Assembly (NCBI GenBank): GCA_963702425.1
Contig: CAVPCQ010000030.1
Coordinates: 1-64,000, forward strand
DNA length: 64,000 nucleotides
Reading direction: 5' to 3'
Source of the DNA: an uncultured Acidobacteriota bacterium
Lineage (GTDB): Bacteria; Acidobacteriota; Polarisedimenticolia; J045
The notes below the pieces were generated by a model, which was given only the letters and a program-made list of their open reading frames with translations, made no database searches and was not told the DNA's origin. Shown here piece by piece: positions 9,892 through 20,669 of the stretch. The position numbers were made by a program, and so were the translations under genes. The stretch's first letter is position 1. Each line of letters starts with the position of its first letter.

Positions 9892-10476
9892 ATGCCCGTG
9901 AACCCCAGCGAGAACGAGCAGAAGTACTTCGCCGAGCAGGAAGCCAAGCACCGCCGCGAGGTGCGCGCCGAGATGGAGCGCCGGGCCGCGGAACTGGCCG
10001 AGAAGGAGCGGCTGGCGCAAGCCGCCGGCCTCTCCGACGTGTCGCTGGCCGACCGCCTCAAGGGGCTGGGGATCACGACCGAGACCGCCCCGCTGCTGGA
10101 CCTGTTGCCGCTGGTGATGGTGGCGTGGGCCGACGGCTCGGTCTCGCGTTCCGAGCGGGCCGAGGTGATGAAGCTGGTCGAGGCGCGCGGCTACTCCGCC
10201 GAGAGCAACCCCTGGCTCTTCATGGCTTCGCTGCTGGATACCCGGCCCTCGGGCGCACTGTACGACGAGCTCCGGCTCGTGCTGCGCGACTTCCTCAAGG
10301 GGGACGTGGTCAAGGGCGAGCAGATCGTTGCGCTCTCGCGCCGGGTCGCGGAGGCGTCGGGCGCCTTCTTCGGCCTCGGTCCGCGGATCGACGCGAAGGA
10401 GCAGGAGGCGCTCGATCGGCTGGCGGCGTTCTTTGCCGAGGATGCCCACCGCAAGGTCGCGGACGAGCTGAAGTAG
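9892..10476 (+). CDS. TerB-like (tellurite-resistance fold) protein
   Basis: VMVAWADGSVSRSER and VAEASGAFFGLG...EQEAL motifs; GGAGG RBS before MPVNP. Confidence 0.6.
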   Translation: MPVNPSENEQKYFAEQEAKHRREVRAEMERRAAELAEKERLAQAAGLSDVSLADRLKGLGITTETAPLLDLLPLVMVAWADGSVSRSERAEVMKLVEARGYSAESNPWLFMASLLDTRPSGALYDELRLVLRDFLKGDVVKGEQIVALSRRVAEASGAFFGLGPRIDAKEQEALDRLAAFFAEDAHRKVADELK

Positions 10477-10492
10477 CCGGGAGGACCGCGAC

Positions 10493-11980
10493 ATGTGGGG
10501 CGGTCGCGCAATCCGGCAGCTCGGCCTGTTCCTGCTCTACGGGGCCCTCGGCGCGCTCCTCGCCCTGATCGTGGTCTACGTCGTCCACCTCCACCGCCTG
10601 CCCGAAACGCAGCTCTGGCACCGCATTCCCCTCGACGCGGAGTTCCACGCCGGCGTCGCCGCGACGGTGCGGACGCTGGACGACTACCGGCGCGTCGAGG
10701 ACCGGGTCTTCGAGCAGCTCGAGCGCGAGATCTGTGCCGCGGTCCCGGCGGCCGGCCCGCAGAGCCTCATCCGCTTCGCTCCCGGCAGCAGGAGCAACCC
10801 GCTCTCCCGCCGGCCGAACTGGAACCGCACGTTCGTGCTGGACGTGCCGAACCCGCGGGGCGGCGTGCTCCTGCTCCACGGCCTCTCCGACTCGCCGTAC
10901 TCCACGCGGGCGATCGCCGAGTGGTTCCAGGCGCACGGGTTCCTGGCGGTCGGCCTGCGGCTCCCCGGCCACGGGGCCGCACCGTCGGGGATGCGCGATG
11001 TGAAGGTGGCGGACCTCGAGGCGGCGGTGCGGCTGGGCGCCCGCGCCGTGCGCGAAGCGATCGGACCATCGCGGCCGCTGGTGATCGTCGGCTACTCGAT
11101 GGGCGCCGCGCTGGCCGTCGACTACGAGCTGGCCCGCGTGCAGGGCGAGGACCTGCCCCGCCCGGCCGCGCTGGTGCTGGTCTCCCCCGCGATCGGGATC
11201 TCGCGCGCGGCGGCGTTCGCGCGCCTGCAGGGCCGGCTGGAAGGGATCCCCGGCCTCTCGGGCGCCGCCTGGAGCTCGATCCTGCCGGAGTACGACCCGT
11301 ACAAGTTCAACTCGTTCGCGGTCAACGGCGCGGACCAGATGTACAAGATCACGCGCTCGATCAGGACCCGCCTCGAGGCGCTGGCCGGCCCGCACGGCGT
11401 CGCCGGGGTCGCCCCGATCCTCGCCTTCCAGTCGGTCGCCGACGGTACGGTCTCGACCGAAGCGGTGGTCGACGCGCTCTTCCGCCGGCTCGCTCCGGAA
11501 GGTCACGCGCTGGTCCTGTTCGACATCAACCGCTTCACCGCAAGCCTCGCGCTGATGCTCCCTTCGGCCCGCACGCCGCGCGAGCAACTCCTCCAGGGCC
11601 CGCCGCTGCCGTTCGATGTCACCGTCCTGACCAACGAGAGCCCCGAGAGCGGCGCGCTGGTCGCGCTCCACCGCCTGGCGGGAAGCGGCGAGGTCCGTCG
11701 CGAGCCCACCGGCCTCGAGTGGCCGCACGGGGTCTTTTCGCTCTCGCACGTGGCCCTCCCCTTCCCGCCCGACGACCCGGTGTACGGCGCGCAGCGCCGC
11801 TCCGGCGACGACGGGATCTTCCTCGGCTGGCCGGAAGTGCGCGGCGAGCGCGGCGTGCTCATCCTCGACCCCGGGACCTTCCTGCGGCTCCGGCACAACC
11901 CGTTCTTCCCATACCTCGAGACGCGGCTGGAAGGGCTCCTCGCCGGCCTCCCGGGGCCGGCTGCGGACGCCCCGCCGTAA
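10493..11980 (+). CDS. Membrane-anchored alpha/beta hydrolase
   Basis: N-terminal TM; LLHGLSDSPYS, GYSMG nucleophile elbow, QSVADGTV and SLSHVAL motifs. Confidence 0.85.
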   Translation: MWGGRAIRQLGLFLLYGALGALLALIVVYVVHLHRLPETQLWHRIPLDAEFHAGVAATVRTLDDYRRVEDRVFEQLEREICAAVPAAGPQSLIRFAPGSRSNPLSRRPNWNRTFVLDVPNPRGGVLLLHGLSDSPYSTRAIAEWFQAHGFLAVGLRLPGHGAAPSGMRDVKVADLEAAVRLGARAVREAIGPSRPLVIVGYSMGAALAVDYELARVQGEDLPRPAALVLVSPAIGISRAAAFARLQGRLEGIPGLSGAAWSSILPEYDPYKFNSFAVNGADQMYKITRSIRTRLEALAGPHGVAGVAPILAFQSVADGTVSTEAVVDALFRRLAPEGHALVLFDINRFTASLALMLPSARTPREQLLQGPPLPFDVTVLTNESPESGALVALHRLAGSGEVRREPTGLEWPHGVFSLSHVALPFPPDDPVYGAQRRSGDDGIFLGWPEVRGERGVLILDPGTFLRLRHNPFFPYLETRLEGLLAGLPGPAADAPP

Positions 11981-12055
11981 CGCGTCCTCCGCCCGGACGG
12001 CCGCTGCCCCGTTTCTCGGGTACATTTGCGGCACCCCCTCGGGAGTCCTCCGCTC

Positions 12056-14524
12056 ATGCCGCGCTTGCCCGGCCTCGGCCGGATCCGCCTGCTCGCCGCC
12101 CTTCTCGTGGCGGCCTCTCTCCCCCTTCTCCTCGCCGCCGGCCCCGCGCCGCGCCCGATCGGTCCCCTCGGCCGCGCTGAATACCGGATCGTGCAGATCA
12201 AGGGCGCCGGTCCGGTCGAGTTCGCCGAGCTGCTCAACGCCGGCTTCGACGTCGAGCGTGACGAGCAGCGCGAGGTGATCGCCTACGTCACCGCCGAGGA
12301 GCTGGAGAAGCTCGAGGCGCTGGGCCTCTCGTGGACCGAGCTTCCCGACCCCGGCCTGGCGGAGTTCCTCGCCCGGCAGCAGCAGAAGGACGGGCCGCTC
12401 GCCCCCGAGGCCACCTACCACGACTACAACGCCTGGACCACACAGCTGCAGCAGGTGGCGAACGACCACCCAGCGATCACGCGCCTCAGCTCGGCCGGCA
12501 AGAGCGTGCAGGGACGCGAGCTGTGGTGGCTGAAGGTCACCGACAACCCCGACGCCGAGGAGGACGAGCCGGCGTTCAAGTACGTCGGCAACATGCACGG
12601 CGACGAGAAGGTCGGGACCGAGAACCTGCTGCGGCTGATCGACTGGCTGACCGACCGCTACGCGACCGACGCGCGCGTCCAGCGGCTCGTCGACAACCTC
12701 GAGATCTGGATCATGGTCTCGATGAACCCCGACGGGAACGTGCTGGCCCAGCGCTACAACGCGGCCGGCGTCGATCTCAATCGCGACTTCCCGGACATCT
12801 GGAACGACCCGGTCAATACGACCGCCGGCCGCGCCAAGGAAACCGGGCTGATGATGAACTGGCAGTTCGCGCACCAGACCAGCCTTTCGGGCAACTTCCA
12901 CGGCGGGGCGGTCGTGACGAACTACCCCTACGACGGCAACACCAGCGGGCTTCCCAATTACTCGGTGGCCCCCGACGACGACGTCCTGATCGACATCGCC
13001 CTCGACTACAGCGAGGACAACGCGCCGATGCGCGGCAGCGGCTCGTTCTCGCAGGGGATCACCAACGGCGCGGACTGGTACGTCATCTACGGCGGGATGC
13101 AGGACTGGAACATGGTCTGGCAGGGCGACCTCGACTTGACGGTCGAGCTGAGCGGCCCCAAGACGCCGGCCGCCAGCACCCTCGACGGCTACTGGAACGA
13201 CAACCGCGAGTCGATGCTGTCGTCCATGGAGCGCGCGCTGACCGGCGTGCGGGGGCGGGTCACCGACGTCACGACCGGCGCGCCGCTCGCCGCCACGCTG
13301 CGCGTCGACGGCCGCCAGCACCCGTTCTTCACGGACCTGCCGGTGGGCGACTACCAGCGCGTGCTGAAGGCCGGCTCGTACCAGCTGGAGGTCAGCGCCG
13401 ACGGGTACCAGACGCGGGTCCTTCCGTTCACGGTGGCCAGCTCGCGCGGCGACGCGACGCGGCTGGACGTGACCCTCGCGCCGAACCCGATCGGGCTGGC
13501 CGTGGCCGCCAGTCGCGCCGCGCAGGAGACGAACGCGGACGGCTGGTTCGAGCCGGGCGAGGCGGGACAGCTCGCGGTGACGGTGCGCAACGCCGGCGGG
13601 TCGGCGACCGGGATCACCGGCACGCTGCGGCCGCTGACCGAATACGGCCGTCCGCAGACCGGCGCCGCCGTGGCCCGACCTCGGGACCGGCGCGTCGGCC
13701 GAGACGGTCGCGCCGCACTTCGGCCTCTCCGTCGCGCCGAACGCGCCGGCCGGGCACAAGCTGGCGTTCGCGGTCGACTGGACGACGGCGCAGGGAGCCT
13801 CCGGCACGACCGACGCCTTCTTCGTCCCGCTCGGCTCGCCGCTGCTGACGCAGCGCGATGCCACCGACACCCCGAAGGCGATTCCCAACCCCGGGAAGAC
13901 GACCTCGGCGATCGGCGTGACGCTCGACGAGGAGCTGGAAGAGGTCGACGTGCGGGTGCAGATCACGCACCCCTACATCGCCGACCTGCGCGTGACGCTC
14001 GTCGCGCCCGACGGGACGCGGGTGCGCCTGCACAGCCGCCAGGGCGGCTCGGCCGACAACATCGACACGACCTACGACACGCTGACCGCGCCGGTCGACA
14101 GCCTCGACGTGCTGCGCGGCCGGTCGTCGCTCGGGACCTGGACGCTCGAGGTGCAGGACGCCGCGGCCGGCAACGTGGGCTCGCTGCAGTCCTGGCGCCT
14201 CGAGCTGAAGACGCGCCCCTGGGAGACCCCGCTCCCGGAGGTCCTGCTGCGCGGCCTGTCGCGGCAGGCCGGCGGCGCGACGGCGCTGACCTGGTGGCCG
14301 GTCGGCTCGGCGCTGACCTACAAGGTGTACCGCGGCAGCGACCCACACGACCTTCGGTAGCTTCATCGGACGTCACCGGCGAGGATGTCAGCGCGTCCGA
14401 CACGGCGTTCACCGACCGCTCCGCGTCGGCGCCGGGCTCGCTGAGCTGCTGGCTGGTGTCGGCGGTCGGGGTGAAGGGCGAGGGGCTGCTCGGGCCACTA
14501 CAGGCCGGTAGGCGGTGCCACTGA
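12056..14524 (+). CDS. Secreted M14 zinc carboxypeptidase (N/E-subfamily-like) with transthyretin-like, proprotein-convertase P-domain and C-terminal FnIII-like module; frameshifts at ~13670 and ~14350
   Basis: GNMHGDE, DLNRDFPD, NFHGGAVVTNYPYD and GITNGADWY..GGMQDWN motifs. The P-domain (ITHPYIADLRVTLVAPDG...GTWTLEVQD) is in the 13917..14360 frame. Confidence 0.85.
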   Translation: MPRLPGLGRIRLLAALLVAASLPLLLAAGPAPRPIGPLGRAEYRIVQIKGAGPVEFAELLNAGFDVERDEQREVIAYVTAEELEKLEALGLSWTELPDPGLAEFLARQQQKDGPLAPEATYHDYNAWTTQLQQVANDHPAITRLSSAGKSVQGRELWWLKVTDNPDAEEDEPAFKYVGNMHGDEKVGTENLLRLIDWLTDRYATDARVQRLVDNLEIWIMVSMNPDGNVLAQRYNAAGVDLNRDFPDIWNDPVNTTAGRAKETGLMMNWQFAHQTSLSGNFHGGAVVTNYPYDGNTSGLPNYSVAPDDDVLIDIALDYSEDNAPMRGSGSFSQGITNGADWYVIYGGMQDWNMVWQGDLDLTVELSGPKTPAASTLDGYWNDNRESMLSSMERALTGVRGRVTDVTTGAPLAATLRVDGRQHPFFTDLPVGDYQRVLKAGSYQLEVSADGYQTRVLPFTVASSRGDATRLDVTLAPNPIGLAVAASRAAQETNADGWFEPGEAGQLAVTVRNAGGSATGITGTLRPLTEYGRPQTGAAVARPRDRRVGRDGRAALRPLRRAERAGRAQAGVRGRLDDGAGSLRHDRRLLRPARLAAADAARCHRHPEGDSQPREDDLGDRRDARRGAGRGRRAGADHAPLHRRPARDARRARRDAGAPAQPPGRLGRQHRHDLRHADRAGRQPRRAARPVVARDLDARGAGRRGRQRGLAAVLAPRAEDAPLGDPAPGGPAARPVAAGRRRDGADLVAGRLGADLQGVPRQRPTRPSVASSDVTGEDVSASDTAFTDRSASAPGSLSCWLVSAVGVKGEGLLGPLQAGRRCH

Positions 14525-14746
14525 CGGCAGTCCCGGGGCGGGAGTTGCGCGCTGTCCGGCGTCTCCCGTCCCCGTTCGCTCCCAGCGCCGCCTGCGCAGC
14601 GCGCCAGCGATTCGGCGGGCAGGCTGATTCCTGAACGCGGCGGACCTCGTGCCTCGAGCGATTTCGCGCGAACCGCCAGGCACCGCGCAACCCATCCCGG
14701 CGTACTATCAAGGCTCATTCCTGCCGGGCCCCCGGCCGGAGGTCAC

Positions 14747-17700
14747 ATGCAGCGTCGAGTCTCCCGGCTTCTGTTCGTCTCGTCGGTCGCTTTCCTCGTC
14801 ACGTCATTGTTGCCAGGGCCCGCAGTCGCTGCGGCGCGCGGCCCGCTCACGATCGAAGAGCGTGTGGAATACCAGCTCCGGCTGGAGCGACTGGCGCACG
14901 CGCGCCGGATCGAACAGGCCCCCGATCCGAAGCCGGCGTTCGAGCAGGCGATGCCTCCGGGCGCGGTACGCACCAAGGTCGAGCGCTCTCACGCGCTCTC
15001 GGCCGCGTTGGGGACTTTCTGGCAGCGGCCGCTGACCGCCTTGCAGCTCCAGGCGGAGATCGGCCGCCTTGCCCGCGACACCAAACAGCCCGACCGCCTG
15101 CGGGAGATGTTCGCCGCGCTCGGCAACGATCCCTTCGTGATCGCGGAGTGCCTCGCGAGGCCGCTGCTGGCCGAGCGGCTGGCGCGCGAGTGGTACGCCT
15201 TCGACCAGCGCTTCCACGGTGCGCTGGAAAAGCGGGTGGAGGCGGAGGTCGCCTCGATCGCATCGGGGGCGGACTCGAAGTCGGCGGGCGGCGCGTACTC
15301 GGAAGAGATCCTGCGGCGCCGGACGAGCGCGGGAGTGGCGGAGGATGCCGCGGCGCCCGGCGCCGGCGGCCGTGGGTCGCTCGACGCAGACTCCTGGGAC
15401 GAGCTGCTGCGCGCGCTCGCCGATCGATTCGGCGTGGACGACTCGTCGCGGATCCCGATCGGGACCTGGTCGCCGCTCGAGCGCACGGCGACGGACTTCG
15501 AGATCCAGGCGGTGCTCGAGCGCACGCCGGATTCGATCCGCGTGGCCTCGCTGCAGTGGGAGAAGACGAGCTTCGACGCGTGGTGGGAGGGCGTGCGCGG
15601 GGCGCTGGAGAAAGACGCGGCGGCGGCCGTGTCGCCCGGCCTCGCGCGTACGAGCTGCCGGTGATCCGCGGCAGCGGCTGCGGAGCGGACGACACCTGGC
15701 GGCCGACCCAGGGGCTGCCCAACCCGCGCTTCGGCCACAGCGCGGTCTGGACTGGCGCGGAGATGATCGTCTGGGGAGGGGGCGATCCGCACGACCTGCA
15801 GTTCGTCAACAGCGGCGGACGCTACGATCCGGCGACGGACAGTTGGACCCCGACCAGCGTCGGAACGGGCGTTCCCAGGCCGCGCCACTCGCACACGGCC
15901 GTCTGGACCGGCACCGAGATGGTGATCTGGGGCGGCTTCGGCTCCGGGACCTCGGGGTACGTGAACACGGGCGCGCGGTACAACCCGGCGACGGACCGCT
16001 GGACACCGACGAGTGTGGGCGCGAACGCGCCGTCTGCGCGTTGCTACCACACCGCCGTCTGGACGGGCACAGAGATGATCGTCTGGGGGGGTACCGAGTA
16101 CTATGGGGACCCGGTGCGGAGCGGCGGGCGCTACGACCCGTTGCGCGACGCATGGGCTCCGATGGCTGGCGGTGACCTCGCCCCGACGGGTCGGATCGAC
16201 CACACGGCCGTGTGGACTGGCTCCGAGATGATCGTCTGGGGCGGCGAAGACTATCAAGTCGGCCGCGTGGGTACCGGGGGGCGGTACGATCCGTCAACCG
16301 ATCGCTGGACCGCGACGAGCGTCGGACCGAACGCGCCGTTGCACCGATACGATCACACGGCGGTGTGGACCGGGACCGAGATGATCGTCTGGGGCGGTAA
16401 TGGCAGTGGCGGGTACGAGTTCAATTCCGGCGGACGATACGATCCGGCGACGGACAGTTGGCGCAGCACGGATTCGGGGACGCAGGCCCCGCTCGGACGC
16501 GCGGGGCACACGGCGGTGTGGACCGGCACGGAGATGATCGTCTGGGGCGGCGCCGGCGAAGCCTACCTCGCGTGGCTGAGTTCCGGCGGGCGCTACGACC
16601 CCGTCGCGGACCGCTGGGCTCCGACCACGGCCGGAGCGAACGTGCCACGCGGACGGCGGGACCACACGGCGGTCTGGACCGGAACCGAGATGATCGTCTG
16701 GGGCGGCTGGTACGCGGACCCCTATTGGCTCTACAAGCTCAACTCCGGCGGCCGGTACGACCCGGCGCGCGACAGCTGGGTGCCGACCAACGCCGCCGCG
16801 ACCGCTCCATCGCCTCGGAGGTATCACACCGCCGTCTGGACGGGGACCGAGATGATCGTCTGGGGCGGCTACGGCGCCTATTCCAGCTCCCGGGTCAACA
16901 CGGGAGGGCGGTACGACCCGGCGACGGATCTCTGGCTGCCGACGAGCGTGGGCCCCAACGTCCCGTCGCGACGCTACGGTCACACGGCGGTCTGGACCGG
17001 GACCGAGATGATCGTCTGGGGCGGCTACGACATGACCGGCGGCCGCTACAACCCGGCGACGGACAGCTGGACGCCCACGCGATTCGACGCGGACACGCCG
17101 AGCGGGCGCTTGGGGCACACGGCGGTCTGGACCGGCCGGGAGATGATCGTCTGGGGCGGCTCCAACTACACCGCCTCCGGAGGGAGGTACGACCCGGCGA
17201 CCGATCGCTGGCGGCCGACGAGCGTCGCGAACGGCGTACCGGTCGGGCGGGAGGGCCACGTCGCGATCTGGACGGGGACCGAGATGGTCGTCTGGGGCGG
17301 CGCCCTGCCGGGCTACGTCCCCATCAACTCCGGGGGGCGATACGACCCCGCGACGGACCGCTGGGTTCCGACGAGCGCCGACGAGAACCTGCCGCATCCG
17401 GTCTGGGGAGCCGCGGCGGTCTGGACCGGGAAGGAGCTGGTCGTCTGGGGCGGCTCCTATCCCGACCACGACGTCGGCGCGCGCTACGACGCGGCGACCG
17501 ACACCTGGCAGCCGACCAGCATGGAGGGCGCGCCGAGGAGGCGCGCTAGCCACACGGCGGTGTGGACGGGGTCCGAGATGATCGTCTGGGGCGGGTGGTC
17601 CCCCCTCGACACGGGCGGCCGCTACGACCCGTCGAGGGACCTCTGGCGGCCCACGGGCCTGGGCCCGAACACTCCGTCCCCGCGGAGCTCGCACACGGCG

Positions 17701-18681
17701 GTCTGGACCGGGACGGAGATGATCGTCTGGGGCGGTTACCCGCTCGAGACCTGGGGCGGCATCTACTGCTCGACGCCGCCCCCCGACAACACGCCGCCAC
17801 GAGCCGACGCCGGCGACGACCACGTCCTTGAATGCACCGGTGAGCGGCAAGCGACGGCGACGCTCGACGGCTCGCGAAGCACGGATCCCGACTCGACGGC
17901 CGGGACGAACGACGACATCGTGAGGTTCGAGTGGAACGAGGACGCCGTCGGGGTTGCAGCAGGTGAGGTTGCGGTCGTTCCCTTCGCGCTCGGAACCCAC
18001 GCCGTCACGCTGACGGTGACCGACTCCGCGGGCGCGGCGGACAACGACGAGGTGTCCGTCGAGGTCCGCGACACGCTGGCGCCTGTGGGGAGCATGACCT
18101 TCCCGGCCCCCGGCCAGTGCTTCGGCCCCCCGGCGCTGCCGGTGACTGTGACCGACGACTTCGCGGACCGCTGCGATCCCCAACTTACGCGCGCCTATCG
18201 GCCGCAGGGCGGCCCGGCGTACACGGCGCATGGCGATGTCAACCTGCTGCTGACGGTGACCGACTCCTCGGGGAACGAGGCGGCGGACGAGCGCTCGTTC
18301 ACGGTCGATCTCGTCCCTCCCGTCGTGACGATCCTCTCGCCGCCGCAGCAGCCGACGGCTCCCGGCGGCCTTCCGTTCTCGCTGACCTTCGTGTCAGCGG
18401 ACGATGATGCCGCGTCCGGCGGGCCGGTCCGCGAAGTGGTCCTCCTCGACGACTGCACGCTCTACGACGGATCGCTGTACGGCGACGGCGACGGCCTGCT
18501 GAGCGACGAGTCCCTGGTGATGGACGAGGCGGCCCTGTGCCGGGCCGTCCGCCTCTGTCATCGGCGCGAGTGGCAGAATCCCGTAATCTCGGTCGACGCC
18601 TGGGACTGCGGTGGCAACCGCGGAGAGGTGAGACGCGTCGTGCCGGAGTCGTTCCGGGTTCCGTCTTCGCGCTGTCCGTAA
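14747..18681 (+). CDS. Large secreted Kelch-repeat protein (14 repeats) with PKD-like domain; frameshift at ~15645
   Basis: Signal peptide plus helical N-domain (14747..15664), then 14 copies of HTAVWTGxEMIVWGG...GGRYDPATDxW and a PKD-like ADAG...LDGSRSTDPD...VTLTVTD segment. Confidence 0.85.
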
Positions 18682-18723
18682 TGAGAGGTCGGCGGAGTCC
18701 TGCCGGGCCTCCGCCGACCGGTC

Positions 18724-19083
18724 TCAGGTGCGTTTGCGGCGGCCCGGCCTGGCACGCCGCAGTTCCCGCGGCAGCCCGTCGCCGTGCACGCCGTAGCCCG
18801 CCTCGTGCAGCCGGATCGACAGCGCGCGCTCCAGCTCCAGCGCCTCCGCGCGCGTCGCCACGGCCTCGATCGTCCCATACAGTTCCGGAAGCAGCGGGCC
18901 GCAGCGGCCGTCGGTCCACTTCGTCGTCTTGCCGCGGACGCCTTCGGCGTGCTCGCGCCAGCGCTCCTCCAGCCGCTTGGCGGTGTGGCCAACGTAGATC
19001 CACGGGATCGACGGGTCACCCTGCCAGCCGTCATCGTTGAGCAGCTCGATGACGTAGACGCGGTAGCGGCGGCGGGCGGCCAC
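18724..19083 (-). CDS. Small stand-alone GIY-YIG nuclease-family protein
   Basis: VYVIEL...IYVGHT...ERWREH..G and a conserved Glu in ALELE. 119 aa. Confidence 0.7.
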   Translation of the reverse strand: MAARRRYRVYVIELLNDDGWQGDPSIPWIYVGHTAKRLEERWREHAEGVRGKTTKWTDGRCGPLLPELYGTIEAVATRAEALELERALSIRLHEAGYGVHGDGLPRELRRARPGRRKRT

Positions 19084-19092
19084 GGCCGGGGC

Positions 19093-19986
19093 TCAACGCT
19101 CCGACTTGACCGGTGGCGCGAAACGCGCGTTGGATAGCCTGACATCCAGCTCGACGGTCTCGAAGACGAAGACCTGCCGGTCGCGGCCGTCCTTCAACCC
19201 GGTCTCGATCCGGAACGGCACCGCGATCCGCGCCTCCTTCCCGGCCTCCCCGACCTTGCGCCAGTCCGCCGTGCGGATCACGTAGGCCACGTCGGTCGAC
19301 CCGGCACGGCGCGTCCCCTCTTCCTGAACGTTGAGCAGCGTCTCGGCGTCGAGCCAGATCGTGCGCGGCGTGCGCCCCTTGGGTGTGACCTTCAGCGCGT
19401 AGGTCCGGCGCCCGTCGAGCGGCTGCTCGCCGATCCACTCGACCTTGTTTCCCTTCGTCTTGGGGAGGATCAGCGGGCCGGCCAGGTCGGCCTGCTCGGC
19501 GGCGAGCCGCTCCTCCTCGGGCATCATCGGTTTCGGATCGATCGGCGCCCCCTCGCGCAGGACGAGCGAAAAGCCGTGTTTGCCGTCGTAGGCGCGAACG
19601 ACGGTCGCGCCGCTGGTGCGGTACTCGAGCCGGATCTTGTCGGGGCGCCGGACCTCGAGCGTGAACGGCACCGGTGCGGCGCTGCCGAGCGTCATCGTGC
19701 CGGAGGCGCGCATCGAGTGCGTGCCGTTGAGCGCACCGAGGCCGCCGCGCGCCTTGACGTAGCCGGAGAGGATCTCGTCGAGGGCGGGGGTCCCGGCGGG
19801 CGCGGGAGGCGACGCGGGTGCGGCGATCGCGCCGGCGCACAGGGCTGCGGCGACACAGATCGCGGCCACGGCAGTGACACCGGCCGCGATCCGGGGAGCC
19901 AAGGCGCTTCTCACGGTCCAACGAACAGCTCCGAGCATCCTCTCGCTTCCTCCGGGGCTTGGCGCCCCCGCATCCCGCGCAGGCAA
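19093..19986 (-). CDS. LolA-like outer-membrane lipoprotein-sorting family protein (start uncertain)
   Basis: Signal peptide; LDEILSGYVKARGG, RPDKIRLE, AYDGKHG, TYALKVT, IWLDAETLL and DWRKVG...PFRI motifs. Confidence 0.65.
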   Translation of the reverse strand: MPARDAGAPSPGGSERMLGAVRWTVRSALAPRIAAGVTAVAAICVAAALCAGAIAAPASPPAPAGTPALDEILSGYVKARGGLGALNGTHSMRASGTMTLGSAAPVPFTLEVRRPDKIRLEYRTSGATVVRAYDGKHGFSLVLREGAPIDPKPMMPEEERLAAEQADLAGPLILPKTKGNKVEWIGEQPLDGRRTYALKVTPKGRTPRTIWLDAETLLNVQEEGTRRAGSTDVAYVIRTADWRKVGEAGKEARIAVPFRIETGLKDGRDRQVFVFETVELDVRLSNARFAPPVKSER

Positions 19987-20084
19987 CGGCGGGGTGACGA
20001 TTCTCCGGCTCCCCGTACCCTCGGCCCGGCATTCGTCGTATTCTCTCCCAGAGCGTCCTTTCCCCCCAAGTTCGAGAGGCCCCC

Positions 20085-20537
20085 GTGGACAGTTGGCGCG
20101 ACCGGGACCGGGAACGGGACCGTGGCGGCGCTCAGCGCGACCGCCGCACTCCCGAGAAGCCCCCCCAGCGGCCCGACCTCGGCAACGAGGAGCAGGTCAA
20201 GCGGCTCAAGCGCGGCATGGAGCGCTCGGCGGCGGAAGTCATCCGCTGCCAGAAGTGCGGCCACCAGCAGCCGGCCGAGGCGGCCTTCATCGGCCCGATG
20301 ACGACCTGCGACAAGTGCGGGACCGCGCTGCACTCGTGCCGGCACTGTGCCTTCTTCGACAGCGGCGCTCGCTTCCAGTGCAAGAAACCGGTCCCGGCGG
20401 CGATCGGCGACAAGTGGGCACCGAACGCGTGCGACCTCTACGAGCCGCGGCTGGTGCTCGACGCCACCGGCAAGCGGCTCGCCGGCGTACCCACTCAGAA
20501 CAACAAGTCGCTGTTCGATTCGCTCTTCAAGAAGTAG
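20085..20537 (+). CDS. Cys-rich zinc-ribbon protein
   Basis: CQKC, CDKC and CRHC plus two further Cys; ends FDSLFKK. Confidence 0.7.
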   Translation: MDSWRDRDRERDRGGAQRDRRTPEKPPQRPDLGNEEQVKRLKRGMERSAAEVIRCQKCGHQQPAEAAFIGPMTTCDKCGTALHSCRHCAFFDSGARFQCKKPVPAAIGDKWAPNACDLYEPRLVLDATGKRLAGVPTQNNKSLFDSLFKK

Positions 20538-20642
20538 GCGAAGGGTCTCGTAGGCTACGGTGCGCCCGCGCTGCAGCAGCCGGCGGCTGCGCCGCCGCCG
20601 CTGAGCGGGGGCTGGCGTGTCGCGCCACGGTGATGCGCCCTG

Positions 20643-20669
20643 CGGGCCGGGACGGAGCCCGGCCCCTAC
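20643..20669 (-). repeat. GTAG-type REP element (single copy)
   Basis: Minus strand GTAGGGGCCGGGCTCCGTCCCGGCCCG; its TAG is the stop codon of the HMG-CoA lyase gene. Confidence 0.75.

Noticed and set aside
4882-10494. 1870-aa minus-strand ORF, and similar giants (10310..13966, 39805..43995, 45932..49966, 56874..60593)
   Set aside because: These are shadow frames typical of high-GC DNA. Only sub-segments are real (lyase N-half, FAD oxidoreductase, lpdA N-half); the rest is antisense or off-frame to well-supported genes.
15730-17740. Regularly spaced conserved ~40-bp DNA motif (CACACGGCGGTCTGGACCGGGACCGAGATGATCGTCTGGGGCGG) resembling a CRISPR array
   Set aside because: The repeats vary at third codon positions, stay in frame and encode Kelch blades. 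The intervening segments are ~100 bp and homologous to each other, and there are no cas genes.
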